56,590 nt of DNA from Vicugna vicugna (lineage: Eukaryota). A model generated the notes under the pieces. It had not been told where the DNA came from, ran no database searches, and saw nothing but the letters and a program-made list of their open reading frames with translations. The DNA is taken from NCBI GenBank assembly GCA_013265495.1, contig MU057507.1:26700-83289 (forward strand), read 5' to 3'. Positions 1 to 13,080 of this stretch are shown one piece after another. Every line of letters begins with the position of its first letter. The first letter of the stretch is position 1. Position numbers and translations under genes: made by a program.

Positions 1-575
1 ACCCCAATGTTCATAGCAGCACTATTTACAATAGCCAAAACATGGAAACAGCCTAAATGTCCATCAACAGGTGACTGGATAAAGAAGAAGTGGTATATTT
101 ATACAATGGAATACTACTCAGCCATAAAAACCGACCACATAATGCCATTTGCAGCAACATGGATGCTCCTGGAGAATGTCATTCTAAGTGAAGTAAGCCA
201 GAAAGAGAAAGAAAAATACCATATGAGATCGCTCATATGTGGAATCTAAAAAACAAAAACAAAAACAAACAAACAAAAACAAAGCATAAATACAGGACAG
301 AAATAGACTCACAGACAGAGAATACAGACTTGTGGTTACCAGGGGGGTGGAGGGTGGGAAGGGATAGACTGGGATTTCAAAATTGTAGAATAGATAAACA
401 AGATTACACTGTATAGCACAGGGAAATATACACAAAATGTTATGATAACTCACAGAGAAAAAAATGTGACAATGAGTGTGTATATGTCCATGAATGACTG
501 AAAAAGTGTGCTGAACACTGGAATTTGACACAACAATTTAAAATGATTATGAATCAATAAAAAATGTTAAAAAAA
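1..575 (+). mobile_element. Young LINE-1 3' end (ORF2 C-terminus, 3' UTR, poly-A), cut by the window edge
   Basis: ORF 7-249 MFIAALFTIAKTWKQPKCPS...WIKK.WYIYTMEYYSAIK is the L1 ORF2p C-terminus; G-rich 3' UTR tract 342-363; AATAAA 556-561; A-run 569-575. Confidence 0.97.
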
Positions 576-669
576 TTTAGGACCAAGTGAAAGGAAACGT
601 TTCAACTTCATAAACTAAAATAAAGTCTCATTTATGCTGGAAAAAAAAAGAACTAAGTTAAAAATCACA

Positions 670-830
670 GCTGAGCAATGTTGGGCAAATCACTTTGCCT
701 CCCTGAGTTTCCATTTGTCTCATCCCTACAGTGTATCAGAATAATGATTTTTATTTCATAATGTTGCTTTAGGGAATTAAATGAAATAAGGGACAGGACA
801 TCACTGTGACTGGCAGGAAGTAAACTGTTA
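670..830 (+). mobile_element. MIR SINE fragment
   Basis: ttgggcaaatcactttgcctccctgagttt...gaattaaatgaaataa resembles the MIR core; boundaries approximate. Confidence 0.7.
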
Positions 831-1093
831 ATTAACTTATATTAGTAGTCCTGGCCTCCTTGTCCTCAGAGAACTCTTTTTAAGAACGCTGCTTTCCTGT
901 TACTCCATTTCCTCTTTCTTGTTCCTTTTACCTTGGATGCAGGTGAAGGCCTCTGCACCACCTATACAGAGTTACTGGGGAACTTGGCATATGCCCTGGG
1001 CTTAGATTTGGGAACATTAGAAGAGGTGAACTGAGAACAGATGTCCAGGGCCTAGAACTGGCTGCGAGAAGAGGCTACCAGGCACAGTCACAG

Positions 1094-1107
1094 GTTACCA
1101 TGACAAC
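1094..1107. promoter_or_regulatory. RFX X-box-like site
   Basis: GTTACCATGACAAC, near-palindromic match to the RFX X-box (GTNRCCATGGYAAC). Confidence 0.4.
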
Positions 1108-2049
1108 TAATTCACATCTTCTGAGCCTGAGACACCTCACTTGGGAGAGGGAGGGTGAGAGAAGGCACAGAGAGCAACAGGGCTTGTGCTGCAGGGTTCT
1201 GGTTTTGGAGTAAGGGAAGACTCGGCAAAGATCAGTACCTCTACACCCAACTTGGTGTCCTCAAAATTTGTCTTGCTCTCTGGGGCTCAGTCCATCTTGG
1301 TTAGAATCTCTCCTCCCAGAATTGCCTCCATTTAAAGTAATGATTCAAGATCAGGAAGGGACATCTTTAGGGAAAAGATACTAGGATATGATGAATTAAG
1401 ATTACACTAGTGATATTCTAGTACTCCTGGCATGGGAAAGAACTAGAGTCAAATATACTTGCCACCTCTGAACGCCCTCTGTAAGAAGGGAATCAGAACT
1501 GAAACCCAAGTGAGTAGGGATAGTTTTTGATCTGTATTCCTGAGCTGGATGGTTAAAGCCAATAAGTTACCTCAGGCATGAACACTTCTTTGAGTATTTA
1601 ACAAGTCCTTTGCAATGAAAAGTTAGATTGATAACGAAATAGTTTTAGAGGTCTGTGCATGCATGCATGTGCACATATGTGTGTGTGCGTTATATATGAG
1701 TTAGAGCGTTGTCTATAATAGGTGAGAGGATTGAAAAAGGAGTAGTGTGGATACTGCTATAACAATAGTTGTCCACTTCACCAGTATACCTAGAGCCATC
1801 ATTGGCTCCAAGGCTCTTACAATAAAATGAGCAGGTAACAGGTAGAAAGATGGGGAAGGACATTTCTTGGCTGTGGCTTTGATCTTTGCCTTTTGGTCAA
1901 TAAAGACCAGGTTAACCAGGATTCTTTCACTGAACCCTTCTTATGTTTCCAACCACATCAGTCCATTTTACTTTCTCTTTTTTGGTATTTTTTGTGAATG
2001 TACTCCCTTCTTAAAACTTCTCAAAACTTGAGAAAATCCACCACCCTTT

Positions 2050-2390
2050 GATAGAAGAGAAAAATCATGGGTTTTTGGAGCCAGGTAAATTTGAGTTCAC
2101 ACTTTAACTCTTGGGTGGGAAAAATACATCCATCATTTGCTAGTTGTGTGAATTTGTGCAAGTAAATTCTAACCCTCAGTTTACCAATCTGTAAAATGTA
2201 GGTAATACTACATATATTGCAAGATTGTGAAGATTACCAACAATACATGTAAAGTCCTGGATATAATAAATGATATCCATTTATTATAGTAATATGGTTT
2301 GGAGGCGAGTGCATAGACTTTATAGTAAGAAAGCCCTGAGTTCAAATATGAGCTCTACTACCTAATCACCCACAGGCAGATCATCTAACA
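2050..2390 (+). mobile_element. Two MIR fragments
   Basis: tttggagccagg...cctcagtttaccaatctgtaaaatg...; ctgagttcaaatatgagctctactacc. Confidence 0.65.
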
Positions 2391-2409
2391 TTTATGAGTA
2401 TATAGTTTT

Positions 2410-2700
2410 CTATGTCTTGCTATGAGCATTCTTATTCATGTATTTTGGTGAACTAATGCATATTAGTATTTAGTATTAGCTTCTTGGGTATATACCTAGA
2501 AGTGGAATTGCTTGGTCATGGGGCATGCATATGCTTAACTTTAGTATATATTGCTTGCCAGAGTTTTCCAAAGTGCCTGTACCAATTTACACTCCCTTGA
2601 CAGTGTATGAACAATCCAGCTGCTCCATGTCCTCACCAATTCTGGTATCATTTATCTTTATCATCTTAGCCATTCTGGTGGGTGTTGTTATGCAATATTT
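2410..2700 (-). mobile_element. Old L1 ORF2 3' fragment
   Basis: gggtatatacctagaagtggaattgcttggtcatgg...tgtaccaatttacactccc is typical antisense L1M sequence. Confidence 0.8.
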
Positions 2701-3829
2701 TTATTCATTTTCCATGAATAAATAATTCATTTTTCATAGCTCATGTTTCATAGTGATTCTTCTAGATCTTGTCCACTTATTCACTTATTTATTCAAAAAG
2801 TATTTATTGAGCTCTCTGTGTGCCAGACACTGTGCCAGTTGCCGGGGACACTCTCCAGAAGCTCTTAGTCCCATGCTCACTCTCCTTCCCTTCTCCAGAT
2901 AATCTATTGATAACACCAAGACATCAGTTGCATGGTGCACAAATTTCCATGAAAATCTGGAATGTTTCCAGTTTAATGCCATCTCTTCATGTCCAAATAT
3001 TTCTGTAATTTTAGTTGGACTTTTTTTTTAATTTTCCAAAAAAGTCGATATCACCCCCATATTTGCCAAAGTAAACATTCCACTTAGCTCTTGATTCTAC
3101 CTTTTCTCGCATTCATCAGGATCTCATTCTTGTCACTATCACCCTTGACCTGGCCCCAAATTTTAATCTCTACATCTGCACTAGCAATTGTTACTTAATA
3201 AACATTTTCCTTCAGCTAACAAATGTTCTAGGATCATGCTTACCTTAAGAAGACCTTTCAATAGTCCTAGCACCCCTTAAGTATTTATTTTGCTCCTTTA
3301 ATTTCACCACACAAAAAAACTCTCCTGAGCATTTTCTACACCCACAGTCTCCAATGTGTGACCCCTACTCTTTCTCATCTTTATCCCCTTGAAATCTGGT
3401 TCTATTATGGAACTGCTCCTTGTCAATCACTATAGATGATCTAATCACCCAAATAAATAGTATTTTCTCATCTTTCTTTTTCTCACACCCCTCTACCATG
3501 TTGACAATGTTGATCACTCAACCTACTCGAAATCCCTTTCTCACAATTTCTTGTTTCTCTCCCCTCTCCAACGACATCTTTCATCTATCTCCATTATAAG
3601 TGCCCCTCTTTGCCACATCAGTTCAATGGAGGCAACCCCCCAAGCTTTTACCATTGGATGTTGTCTCTCCCCAAGTTGATTTTATTCATTTCTGAAGTTG
3701 CAAGGATCACTCTTTTGAAATTTCTCCCAGTTTCAATCTCAAGTCCAAACTTCTCTCCAGGATAGCAGTCCCACTCTCTGTGACTGGAATCACCATTTTT
3801 CTAATTAGAAAGTCTCCAAACCTCAGCGT

Positions 3830-3830
3830 C

Positions 3831-3921
<91 letters not shown>
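3830..3921. repeat. (CTTT)n microsatellite forming the tail of the adjacent L1
   Basis: About 22 perfect CTTT units directly abutting an antisense L1 3' end. Confidence 0.97.
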
Positions 3922-4108
3922 TTAACATTTTTTATTGATTTATAATCATTTTACAATGTTGTGTCAAATTCCAGTGTTCATCACAATTTTTCAGTCATAC
4001 ATGGACATATACACACTCATTGTCACATTTTTTTCTCTGTGAGCTACCATAACATTTTGTGTATACTTCCCTGTGCCATACAGTATAATCTTGTTTATCT
4101 ATTCTACA
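3922..4108 (-). mobile_element. Severely 5'-truncated young L1 (3' UTR only)
   Basis: Reverse complement closely matches bases ~385-575 of this window; possible degenerate TSD cagcgtccttt (~3824) / cagtgttcttt (~4107). Confidence 0.93.
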
Positions 4109-6089
4109 GTGTTCTTTATTTAATTTCTACCCCTTCCTCTCCCTCAACACCCACATCCGGTTAGTCACGAACTTATTTTTCTTTTCCTTCACAATGCCTT
4201 TCCTCTGTCTATTCCTCTCTTTGGCTTTCTTAGTTAAAGTGCTTAATACACTACCTCACACCCAGGCTATTGTATTGCAATAGCCTCTTAACTGCCTCCA
4301 GTTTATCTCCTTTCCCATCCATCCTCTGCACTGCTGACAGATTAATATTCTTAAAGCATCACTTTGACTGTCACTTCACTACTTTAAAATTTCCCATGGT
4401 TTCCCATTGTTTACAGGATCCAGTCCCTACATCTTATGCTGCCAATTAGGTGCTTCACAGTTTGGCTGAATCTGTCATTTCTCCTTTCCATATGCTCTGT
4501 GCTCCAGCCACACTGTGCTTTTTTCACTCCTTTCCATAAGCTGACTTGCAAATAGTCTATTGGTTAGTTGCATGCATGGGCGCTGGACTCAGATAGGCCC
4601 AAGTTCGAAACCTGGTTCTGCCACTTCATAGTTGTATAATATTGGACTACTTATATAGCCTCTCTGGTCTTAGTTTCCTTATTTATAAAATAGGGATAGT
4701 AGTGGAATCCTACCATATAGGCTTATTATAAGAATTAAATGAGGTAATGCATCTAGAGTGCTTAGCACAGTGCCTGGTGCTTAGAAAACAACAACAACAA
4801 AGAAGGAGCAGGAGTTTGCTATTATTTTATTCATATTATACACTCTTCCTGGTTCTCTGCTCAGTCCATTTCTTCTGCCTTGAATGTCCTCTCCCAATCT
4901 CACCTACTGAAGTCCTTTGCACCTTTTAAAAAACATCTCAAATGCTACCTCCTCTAAGAATTCTCCTCTGCTTCTTCTAACTTGAGCACTTTGTTTGAAT
5001 ACCTCATCATTTTTCATCCCACCTTAGAATAAAACCATCAGCCTTCTTTGGCAGACTGAAAGCTCTTTTTTACCCTGTGTTCTAATCATATTTGTGTCAC
5101 CCACAACATCTATCACAATAGGTGGTATAGAACAGACACTTAATAAATATCTGTTGCCTGACTATGGCTGGAGATCACATCATTAGATGGAGAGGGTTCA
5201 GAGATTGGTAAACCATGACTATGGAGTAATTAAAGTTTCTAGTGTTTACACTAGCATCCCCTTTCTTTTCTTTCTTTCTTCCCCTATCTCCTACTCCTGC
5301 TTATTTTCTTTTCCATCTTGTTCTTCTCCTGTCCCTAGTCTTGCTAGTGTGCTCCATGGCCATTATTTAATCCTGCTTATGGCCTTTGAGGGCAAAGAGG
5401 TTCCTATGACAACCTCATATCTTGTCCCTTTGTCTTTACCGCTTAAGCTTTGATAAAAACCACCCTCCTATCTACTACAAATTCTTACAAGAGGGGTTCA
5501 TTAAATTTATGATCCAATTCTCCATCTGGAAACTGTGATAAAAATACAGAGCAAGAAATTAGACTTCTTTATGTAATGGCACTTAGCCTGCCCAGATACT
5601 AATCACCACTCTATGTCAGTAACATTCTTCAGCTCTTGAAGATTGCCTAGCCCAAACTTTGCTTTTAGTCTGCAAGTAAATTTTGAGATCTAGTTATCTA
5701 GTTATCTAATTTTCAAACTTTCCTTCCTTGGAATCTCCAAAGTAAGTCCTGTTTAGTATAAAATTGTGGCCATGTGAAATTATCTGTAAGCTTCATTGAT
5801 GTCTTCTGAATTTTCCACCATTCACCAAGCCATGTGATTATAGAGACAAATAAGATGTGGTCGACCCTTTGATAGAAGTGTACAATCTTGTAAATAAAGA
5901 TTTTATGAACTTTGAATTTTATATGCCACTGGGTAAGAAATATTGGTTCTCTCAGCTCCTGACTCCTAATCACAGCATCAGCATCATTCTGGCATTCTGG
6001 CTGCTTTTCTTTGCAGTGAACGAAGCTGTTCATTTTTCCCCCTCTTTTTTCATCAAAGAAACAAAAGGGGAGAGAAGAGAAGGAACTAG

Positions 6090-6310
6090 TATTTGTTGAA
6101 CACTTATTTTTAGCTGGTGTTTTGCATAAAAGGCACTTATATTCAAACCACACAACAACCTATTCAGGTGGATATTGTCTCCATTTTACAGATGAGGTAG
6201 CTGAAGTGCCCCAAACTTAAAGTTTGTCCAAGGTCACTCAACTAGCAAAAGGCTAAGTTGGGATTTGACGGCTTCAAAGCACATGCTTTCTCCACTCTGC
6301 TGAACTACTA
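6090..6310 (-). mobile_element. MIR SINE
   Basis: ccattttacagatgaggtagctgaag...tccaaggtcactcaactag...gggatttga. Confidence 0.8.
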
Positions 6311-9300
6311 CCCCTGTATAAATCAACACCTGTACACCAGAGTAAATCCCTTTTTTCAGCACTTGCACAATGGATATGAACCATTTCCTATAGACTCTGG
6401 TTCAGATTTCCACACAGCCATCCCCTACCACCCATGGAAGTCAGAATGCTCTCTCCAACTTCCCAGTCTACTCTGAAGTGAGTCCTCTGTGTGGGAACCT
6501 GACAATCTATCTTGTGTCCCATGTGGTTGACCCCTGAATGAATCCCTTCATTTTTACCCTAGGAAACAAAGATACGGGAAAGTTCTTTAAAATGCATCTA
6601 GTGAATTTCCCAAAGCTGCATTCTAGAAAGAATGGAGCCAGATTTTACTCCTAATGGCTTCTTTAGAGAAAGAGGTAACACTGTTTTGGGGAAAAAAAGA
6701 AAAAGAAGTGTGCTTCTTGAATTTGTCTTAGCAAAGAGATTTTATGGATATAGTGGTAGATGTTTCCTTTATGCTATCTGAAACAGAAATATAGGGTCCC
6801 ATATTAACAGTAAAATAATCGGCAATAAAAGTCAGTTTAAATACAGGGATAACTCCATTTAAGAAAATCTACTACCTAAAATTCTGTATTCTTAAAACAG
6901 AGATATAGCAATCAGACAAGTAGTCATATTACAAAATATTCCTCACTTTTCTAAAATTTGCTACAGGGCTTCTTTTCTTAGAAAGCCCACCTAATGCATT
7001 TGAAATTGGAGTAGTTTTACAAAAGTTAAAAGGTATATATTTGTTAAGGAGCACATATATTATATAATTCAAGATATACCCATAGTGGGACTATGCATGT
7101 AGCAGGCATTTAGTAAACATTTTCTAACTGAATAATAGAATGGAAATCTAAAATGCAGCTATTTTCATCTTGAGTATATTCAATAATTTAAATTAACAGC
7201 TTTAAATGTTGTCAAATGTTTGAGGCATTTGCTTTAATGAATAGACATAAACCATTTGTAATCAGCAATATTGATTTATACTAGGTATGCTAGATTCTCT
7301 TGAGGAGGTTAAGCATGACCCCTGCAACCTTGTTTGCAATATTAATTTTCTCAGTAAATTTTTCCTTCATAGCTAGTGCAATAGTGAAACTTGGTAGATC
7401 ACTATTCAGAGGATTCCAAATTCACTATGAGTTCTAGAAATTTAACTACAAATCAAAGTCTGAAAAGAAGAACTGATATTTTGAAAGGGGTCTCCTAGTG
7501 GTATTGAACCAAAAGGAGGGAGTAGAAGTTTGGAAATGCTTTTTTTAACTATTGATTCAGTACTAACCATACTCAAGAGGAAGCAATTGTATTTCTGGAT
7601 CTTTATTTAGTCAGCAAATATTGTGTGTCTACTAGGTACAAATATTTCCATCACAGGTCTATACTCAGTTTCATATTAAGTAAGTGCTTCAAAAATAGAT
7701 ATATATTTTACTACAAATAAAAGAGGAAATATTTTGAAAAGGACTTTCTGAAGTACTGAACTAGAGGTGGCGAGAAAAGGAAAGGGTTCAGAGACAATAT
7801 GAAACAGGGATCAAGCAAGGTGGAATGTGCTAGAGAAAGAAAGAGAAAGTATAGCTTCAGATAAACCTTTCCCAATATCCCAGTGTTGCTGAAGGTTGAC
7901 TCAGTTAATCACAACAGAGAAGTCTGGCTTCATAGTAATAATTGGCTTCTCTGAACCCATAAACTTCAGAGTTCAGGATTTGGTAAGAAATTTGTTGGCA
8001 AGAGACATTCTGGATGCTCTTTGTATACTCTACCATTTTATTTAACTTTCTTAGTGGAGGAGGAGAACATTACCCTTGGGAAACAGGCTTAAGGGAAATT
8101 GATCTTCATGAGAACAACATATTGAGCAAGCAGACAGGACCTGACTCCCTAATGGGAGGAAGTTAAGGCAGGATATTAAGTTGAGCAGTTAGAGCAGCAA
8201 CTAGACTGAGAATGCTCTTAATGGTAGATTCTGATTCTCTCTCAAGATGAACAAAGCATCCAGACCATAGGGTTATGGGCCAGCCCTTCTGTACAGGAAA
8301 AGGATAATGAGAGGTAAGAAAAATCTATCAGGATTTCTATCAGCAGTGACGAAAATACAGCTTGTAGATTTTGGCTGGGGTGGGAAGAAAGTCATACCAA
8401 TAAACATTTACTAATATGCTACTGGGGACTCATTCTTATGTTAGATATGTGAAGGAGATCAGAGGAGAACAATTTTAAAAACTGTAAATTTGTCACAATC
8501 AGTGAAGAAGAGGAGTCTAGGAGCAGAAAGTTTCAAAAATAAAATTTGAGTGGTGACAGATAGTACTCTTGAATGCTGCAAGGTGGGTATTTAGAGAGCA
8601 GTGAGTAGGAGAGGTACTGAGGTTTTCTCCATTGTTAAAGTCAAACACCAGGACAATAAATGAAAGATGCAAGAAAATAAATGTCACCACTATTCAAATT
8701 TGTAGCACCATAAGTATATGAGCAGATGAGTATTAAAATGATGGAACAAATGTTTCAGTTCTTCTGAATATAAGGAAATCGAGCAGGCATAGAAAGATTA
8801 CCAAATGCTATTTCTTTACTTAGAGGACAAGATGAACATAGTCAATTAGAAAAATATATAACTCTAGAATGGTTTATTAATGGAATGTTTTCTGAACTCT
8901 ATCAATTTCAGATTTTTGCTATAAAGCAATAACCATAATTAGAGTCTACATTGATAGGTTAAATGAGGAACTTAGATATTTATACAGATAATTTAGATCT
9001 CTCACATTTTTATATGAAGTATTTTGGCAGTTGGGACCAAAAAAAGTATGAGCCATTATTCTCGGCACTACTTACTAGGATAATTGCTGCCATTCTTCAC
9101 ATTTAGTCTAGGTATGTCACATAATGACACATCACATATCATTTGGCCCAAGATATTTCCTGGCCTATTTCATTGTCTGTCGTGTTGACAAATGGAACAG
9201 AATTGGGAAAAAAGTATTAGGCACCAAAGAATATAGTTTAATTAGAAATATCTGTCACCAGGTCTCAATAATGCTTATCTCCCAGTCTGTTTCTGGGTCT

Positions 9301-9975
9301 CAATATTGTTTGTTTCAGGCATCTCAGCAATGCCTATCCCCAGGTTTCAATAATGTCTTTCTCTAGGTCTCAAGGTGCAAAACCACAAATAACAAAATCA
9401 TTTCCCTGGACACCAAGGGGTTTCTAATATTAAGGTGTGATTCCTTTTAAAAGTGAGTTATCTATAATGTTCCACAAGTTCTGTTCAAAGAAAAATAAAC
9501 TTTTAACCAAATTTTCCTGTTGCCTGGGACAAACTTGAATTATTCAAGACACTACTTACAGTAAGTTTTTTGACAAAAAAAAAAAACGCTTCATCTATTA
9601 GCAGAAGAGCTAGTAGAGTACAAGTTAAGGATTTCTTCTCTACTCTGCTTTTCCAAAGACTCTCTTTCTGGGTAGTTTTCCTGTTCACCAGCCTAGTATC
9701 TCTCAGATACCACTTTCAGGAACAGGTTTACATGTATTTGGACCGAGGGATGACCTAAATAGTGAGGACTGGGCTACTAAGATGATCTTCTGTACCTACC
9801 AGTTATCCTTGATATCATTAAACAATTTCCCTGATATCTGTATAGTATAACTTTGGGGAGAATAAATTTAGATCGAAGGGCACATTTGCATGTTATATGT
9901 TTGTCACTTATATTTTTAATGGATAGATCTGGAGGTGTAAAGAAAGGGAGAGCACTGGGTTTCTGATTGTTTTAA

Positions 9976-10600
9976 GATGTATAACATGATGATTTAATGT
10001 ATGTATACATTGTGAAATGATGACCACAATCAAGTTAACACACTCATCACCTCACATAGTTACCTCTTTTTTGTGGTTAGGACACCTAAAATCTACTCTT
10101 TTAGCAAATTTCAAGTACACAGTGCAGTGTTATTAGCTATAGTCACCGTGCTGTTCATTATTCATCTTATAACTGAAAGTTTGTACCTTTTGACCATCAT
10201 CTTCCCATTTTCCCCACCCTACACACCCAGACCCTGGTAACCATGGTTCTACTCTCTGGTTCTATAGGTCATCTTTTTTAGATTCCACATATAAGTGAGA
10301 TCACACAGCATTTGTCTTTCTGTGTCTGATTTATTTCACTTAGCATAATGCCCTCTAGGTTCATCCATGGTGTTGCAAATGGCAAAATTTCCTTCATTTT
10401 AGGACTGAATAATATTCCATTTATATACATACCACATTTTCTTTATTTGTCAATCCACCAATGGACATTTAGGTTGTTTTCATATCTTGACTATTATGAA
10501 TAAAGCTGTAATTAGCATGGGTATGCAAATACCTCCTTGAGATATTGATTTAATTTACATTGAATATATACCCAGAAGTGGGATTGCTGTATCCTATGGT
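9976..10600 (-). mobile_element. L1 3' end (L1MA-like)
   Basis: tagattccacatataagtgagatcacacagcatttgtctttctgtgtctgatttatttcacttagcataatg is antisense ORF2 end/3' UTR. Confidence 0.92.
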
Positions 10601-11756
10601 ATCTGATAGGTACAGCCAGATAATTGCTCTTCTTTTTCAAGCTGTATATTTTTCCTCTAGAGCAGTTAACCTTCAGCAATTCTTCAGAGTCCTCCTCACT
10701 ATCCCCTTTTCCAAGAGGTTTTCCTGGATTGACTCTAGAAGAGGTAATGAGTTTGGGCTTCTATAGTTAGTTTCTTACTCCCTAGTTATGTTGCTACACT
10801 TTCAATTTTATGATTACACTTTTGCAACTATTAGCATCTTGGAGATGGTGAGGGAGGTGAATTTGGGGATTTTATTTAATATTGGGCAACAATTTTTCAT
10901 GTTAATTAATATCTTTTTTAGTGATTATAAGCACATAGGAGAATTAATACCAAGACAAACCCTGATTAAGAGAATACCACAGGAAAGGGGGAAAGGGAAT
11001 ATGTTTAATTAGATTTTCTGGGTAACTGAAGGTTAAGAATAAAGCTGTTTTCCATTGTGTTGGCTAAGAAAAAGAAATATCCCACCAAGTTATCTGAGTC
11101 CACTGTCCCGACTTAGTAAATCAAGTATAAATGTTATACTTGAATCACTCTTTACTGATTGAGGATCTTTCAGAGCCTCCAGCCATTATTTTGAGCATTA
11201 ATTCTGATTGACCAGAACTAAAGATGAAATTAAGGGAAAAAGAGTAGGACTGAATGTATTCCAACCCCAGGATATCTCGTAGAAATTGTTTTCTTGACTG
11301 AGTTCATTTCATTATCTGTCTCCTTCATGCAAAAGCAAAATGAGAAAAAACAGAATTTTTAAGAATCTCAGATAATTGATAGCTCTGGGTAGTTGAATTG
11401 CCATTAATGAAGGTTTCACTGAGCCTCACATTGACGGGAGTCTAACAGTTCCCCATGAAATTGTGCTTTTCTGTGCTTCATATGCAGAGGATGTTCCTGA
11501 TATGCGATCGCTCACCCTGTACTTTGGGCAATTTTTACAGAGTAAGTAAAGGTTACACTGACACTTTCCCTCCCTTCCCTGGTCCCTTTTGAGACCAAGG
11601 ACAAGAGTTTGTCAGACTTTTGCTTAAGAGCTTGTTGTGTGGCCACAGTGAGAACTGTCTCTCAGAGCTGGGGCTCTGTCTATTACCAGATTACTGATCC
11701 ATATGTGGATTGAAGTGATCATCCCAGGAATGGATCACAGCCCAGTAGATCTATCA

Positions 11757-11875
11757 AAAAGGAAGGAAAGAAGGATGGAAGGAAGGAAGGAAAGAGAGAA
11801 AAAAAGAAAGAAAGAAAGAAGGAAAGGAAGGAAGGGAGGGAGGGAGGGAGGAAGGAAGGAAGGAAGGAAGGGAGA
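11757..11875. repeat. Compound (GGAA)n/(GAAA)n/(GGGA)n microsatellite
   Basis: Directly visible purine tetranucleotide repeats. Confidence 0.95.
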
Positions 11876-11899
11876 AAATTCTCCTCAAACTAAATTACC

Positions 11900-12760
11900 T
11901 ACTTAGTCCACCCATCTCAGGAATAGACATGATCAGCCATGCAGTTGCTTAAGCCACCCTCTTTTTATGCAATCCATGTCATTTCATTAGAATAAACTTT
12001 TTATTAAAGTTTAATATTCATGCAGAAAAGAACAAAAATATGTATCAATTCTACTATGCAAAAAGCCTTAAAATTAATCCACCTTACTCCAGCCCAACTT
12101 AATCCTAGCTACTGTCTCTTATCTGGATTACTATATTAGTTTCCTCATCAGTTTTCTCACTTTCCCTTTTAACTCCTTGCACCCTCCACATAGAAGCCTG
12201 AGGGAGCTTTTCAAAATGTAAATCACATCACGCATTCTACAAACTCACCTCCTATCACTCTTTCCCTCACCTGCATTACCTGTTGCCCTCTGGCCACAGT
12301 TGTTGTTTTTGCTGTTTGCTTGTTTGTTTTAATTCTTCCAGTATTCAAGTACTTATCTCACTCAGGGCCTTTGCACATGCTGCCTCCCTACCTGTAATAC
12401 CTCTCCTCTGACTGTTCTTATAGCTGGCTACTCCATATCCATCAAATCTTAGCTTAAATATGACTTCCTCTTCAGAGAGATCTTTGCTAACCATCCTACC
12501 AAAATGAGGTCACCTCTCCAGATATATTATTTTTGTATTAGGACCCTGTATTTCTCCCTCATAGTATTGATCGCAATAGTAGTGTTACAGTTATTTTAAA
12601 GATCACCCCTGCTTCTAGGATGTAAGCTCTGGGAACACTGAGACCATGAATTTCCTCTTCTTAATTTTATCTCCAATGCCTACCTAGCCCAATACATGAC
12701 ACATAGTAGGTGTCCAAAAATATGTGCTGAGTAAATAAACTACTGATTGAAAGAATGAAT
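11900..12760 (+). mobile_element. L2 3' fragment
   Basis: ctcagggcctttgcacatgctg...acatagtaggtgtccaaaaatatgtgctgagtaaataa. Confidence 0.75.
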
Positions 12761-12917
12761 AGAATTCTGAGCTGAAACCTTTCTTTTGTGATGACATTAA
12801 TCTATCTTCACTGCAAGAAAAGAGAAGATGAAAGAGGATTTAGGGGGGTTGATGCACCCTTAAACTTGGAGGCACCAAGGAGCATGCCTGTAAACCAAAA
12901 GAGAAAATCAACTTTAT

Positions 12918-13080
12918 TCATTATTAATTAATGAGACTTGGGATTGAATAATAAAAATCTAATGATGTTAATTTTGATTCTGAATGCTGGCTGCCAGTCC
13001 CTGAAGACAAGGTAAAATGGTAGGTAATAGGACACTGCAGTTTAATCCCCCAATTAGGAAGCTGTTTTCACCCCCAGGGA
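12918..13080 (+). promoter_or_regulatory. Candidate OR promoter (homeodomain and O/E sites)
   Basis: TCATTA 12918-12923, TAATGA 12929-12934 and 12960-12965, O/E-type CCCCCAGGGA 13071-13080, about 1.3 kb upstream of the + strand OR start. Confidence 0.45.

Larger units (their letters stand above)
2775..5165. mobile_element. L2 fragments with interspersed MIR (about 4570-4790), interrupted by a young L1 tail
   Basis: attcaaaaagtatttattgagc...tgtgccagacactgtg; aatagcctcttaactg...cccatccatcctctgcactgctg; acttaataaatatctgttg (L2 3' end); MIR tcttagtttccttatttataaaatagggatag. Confidence 0.65.

Noticed and set aside
3707..3928. KERK-repeat ORF (also 11703-11906 and 56135-56489)
   Set aside because: These are translations of GAAA/GGAA microsatellites.
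5713..6153. 146-aa minus-strand ORF
   Set aside because: GTG start, overlaps a MIR and shows no recognisable domain.
6652..6669. TAATGG-CT-TCTTTAGAGA as another Lhx2/Ebf composite
   Set aside because: The EBF half has three mismatches to TCCCNNGGGA; chance-level in AT-rich DNA.
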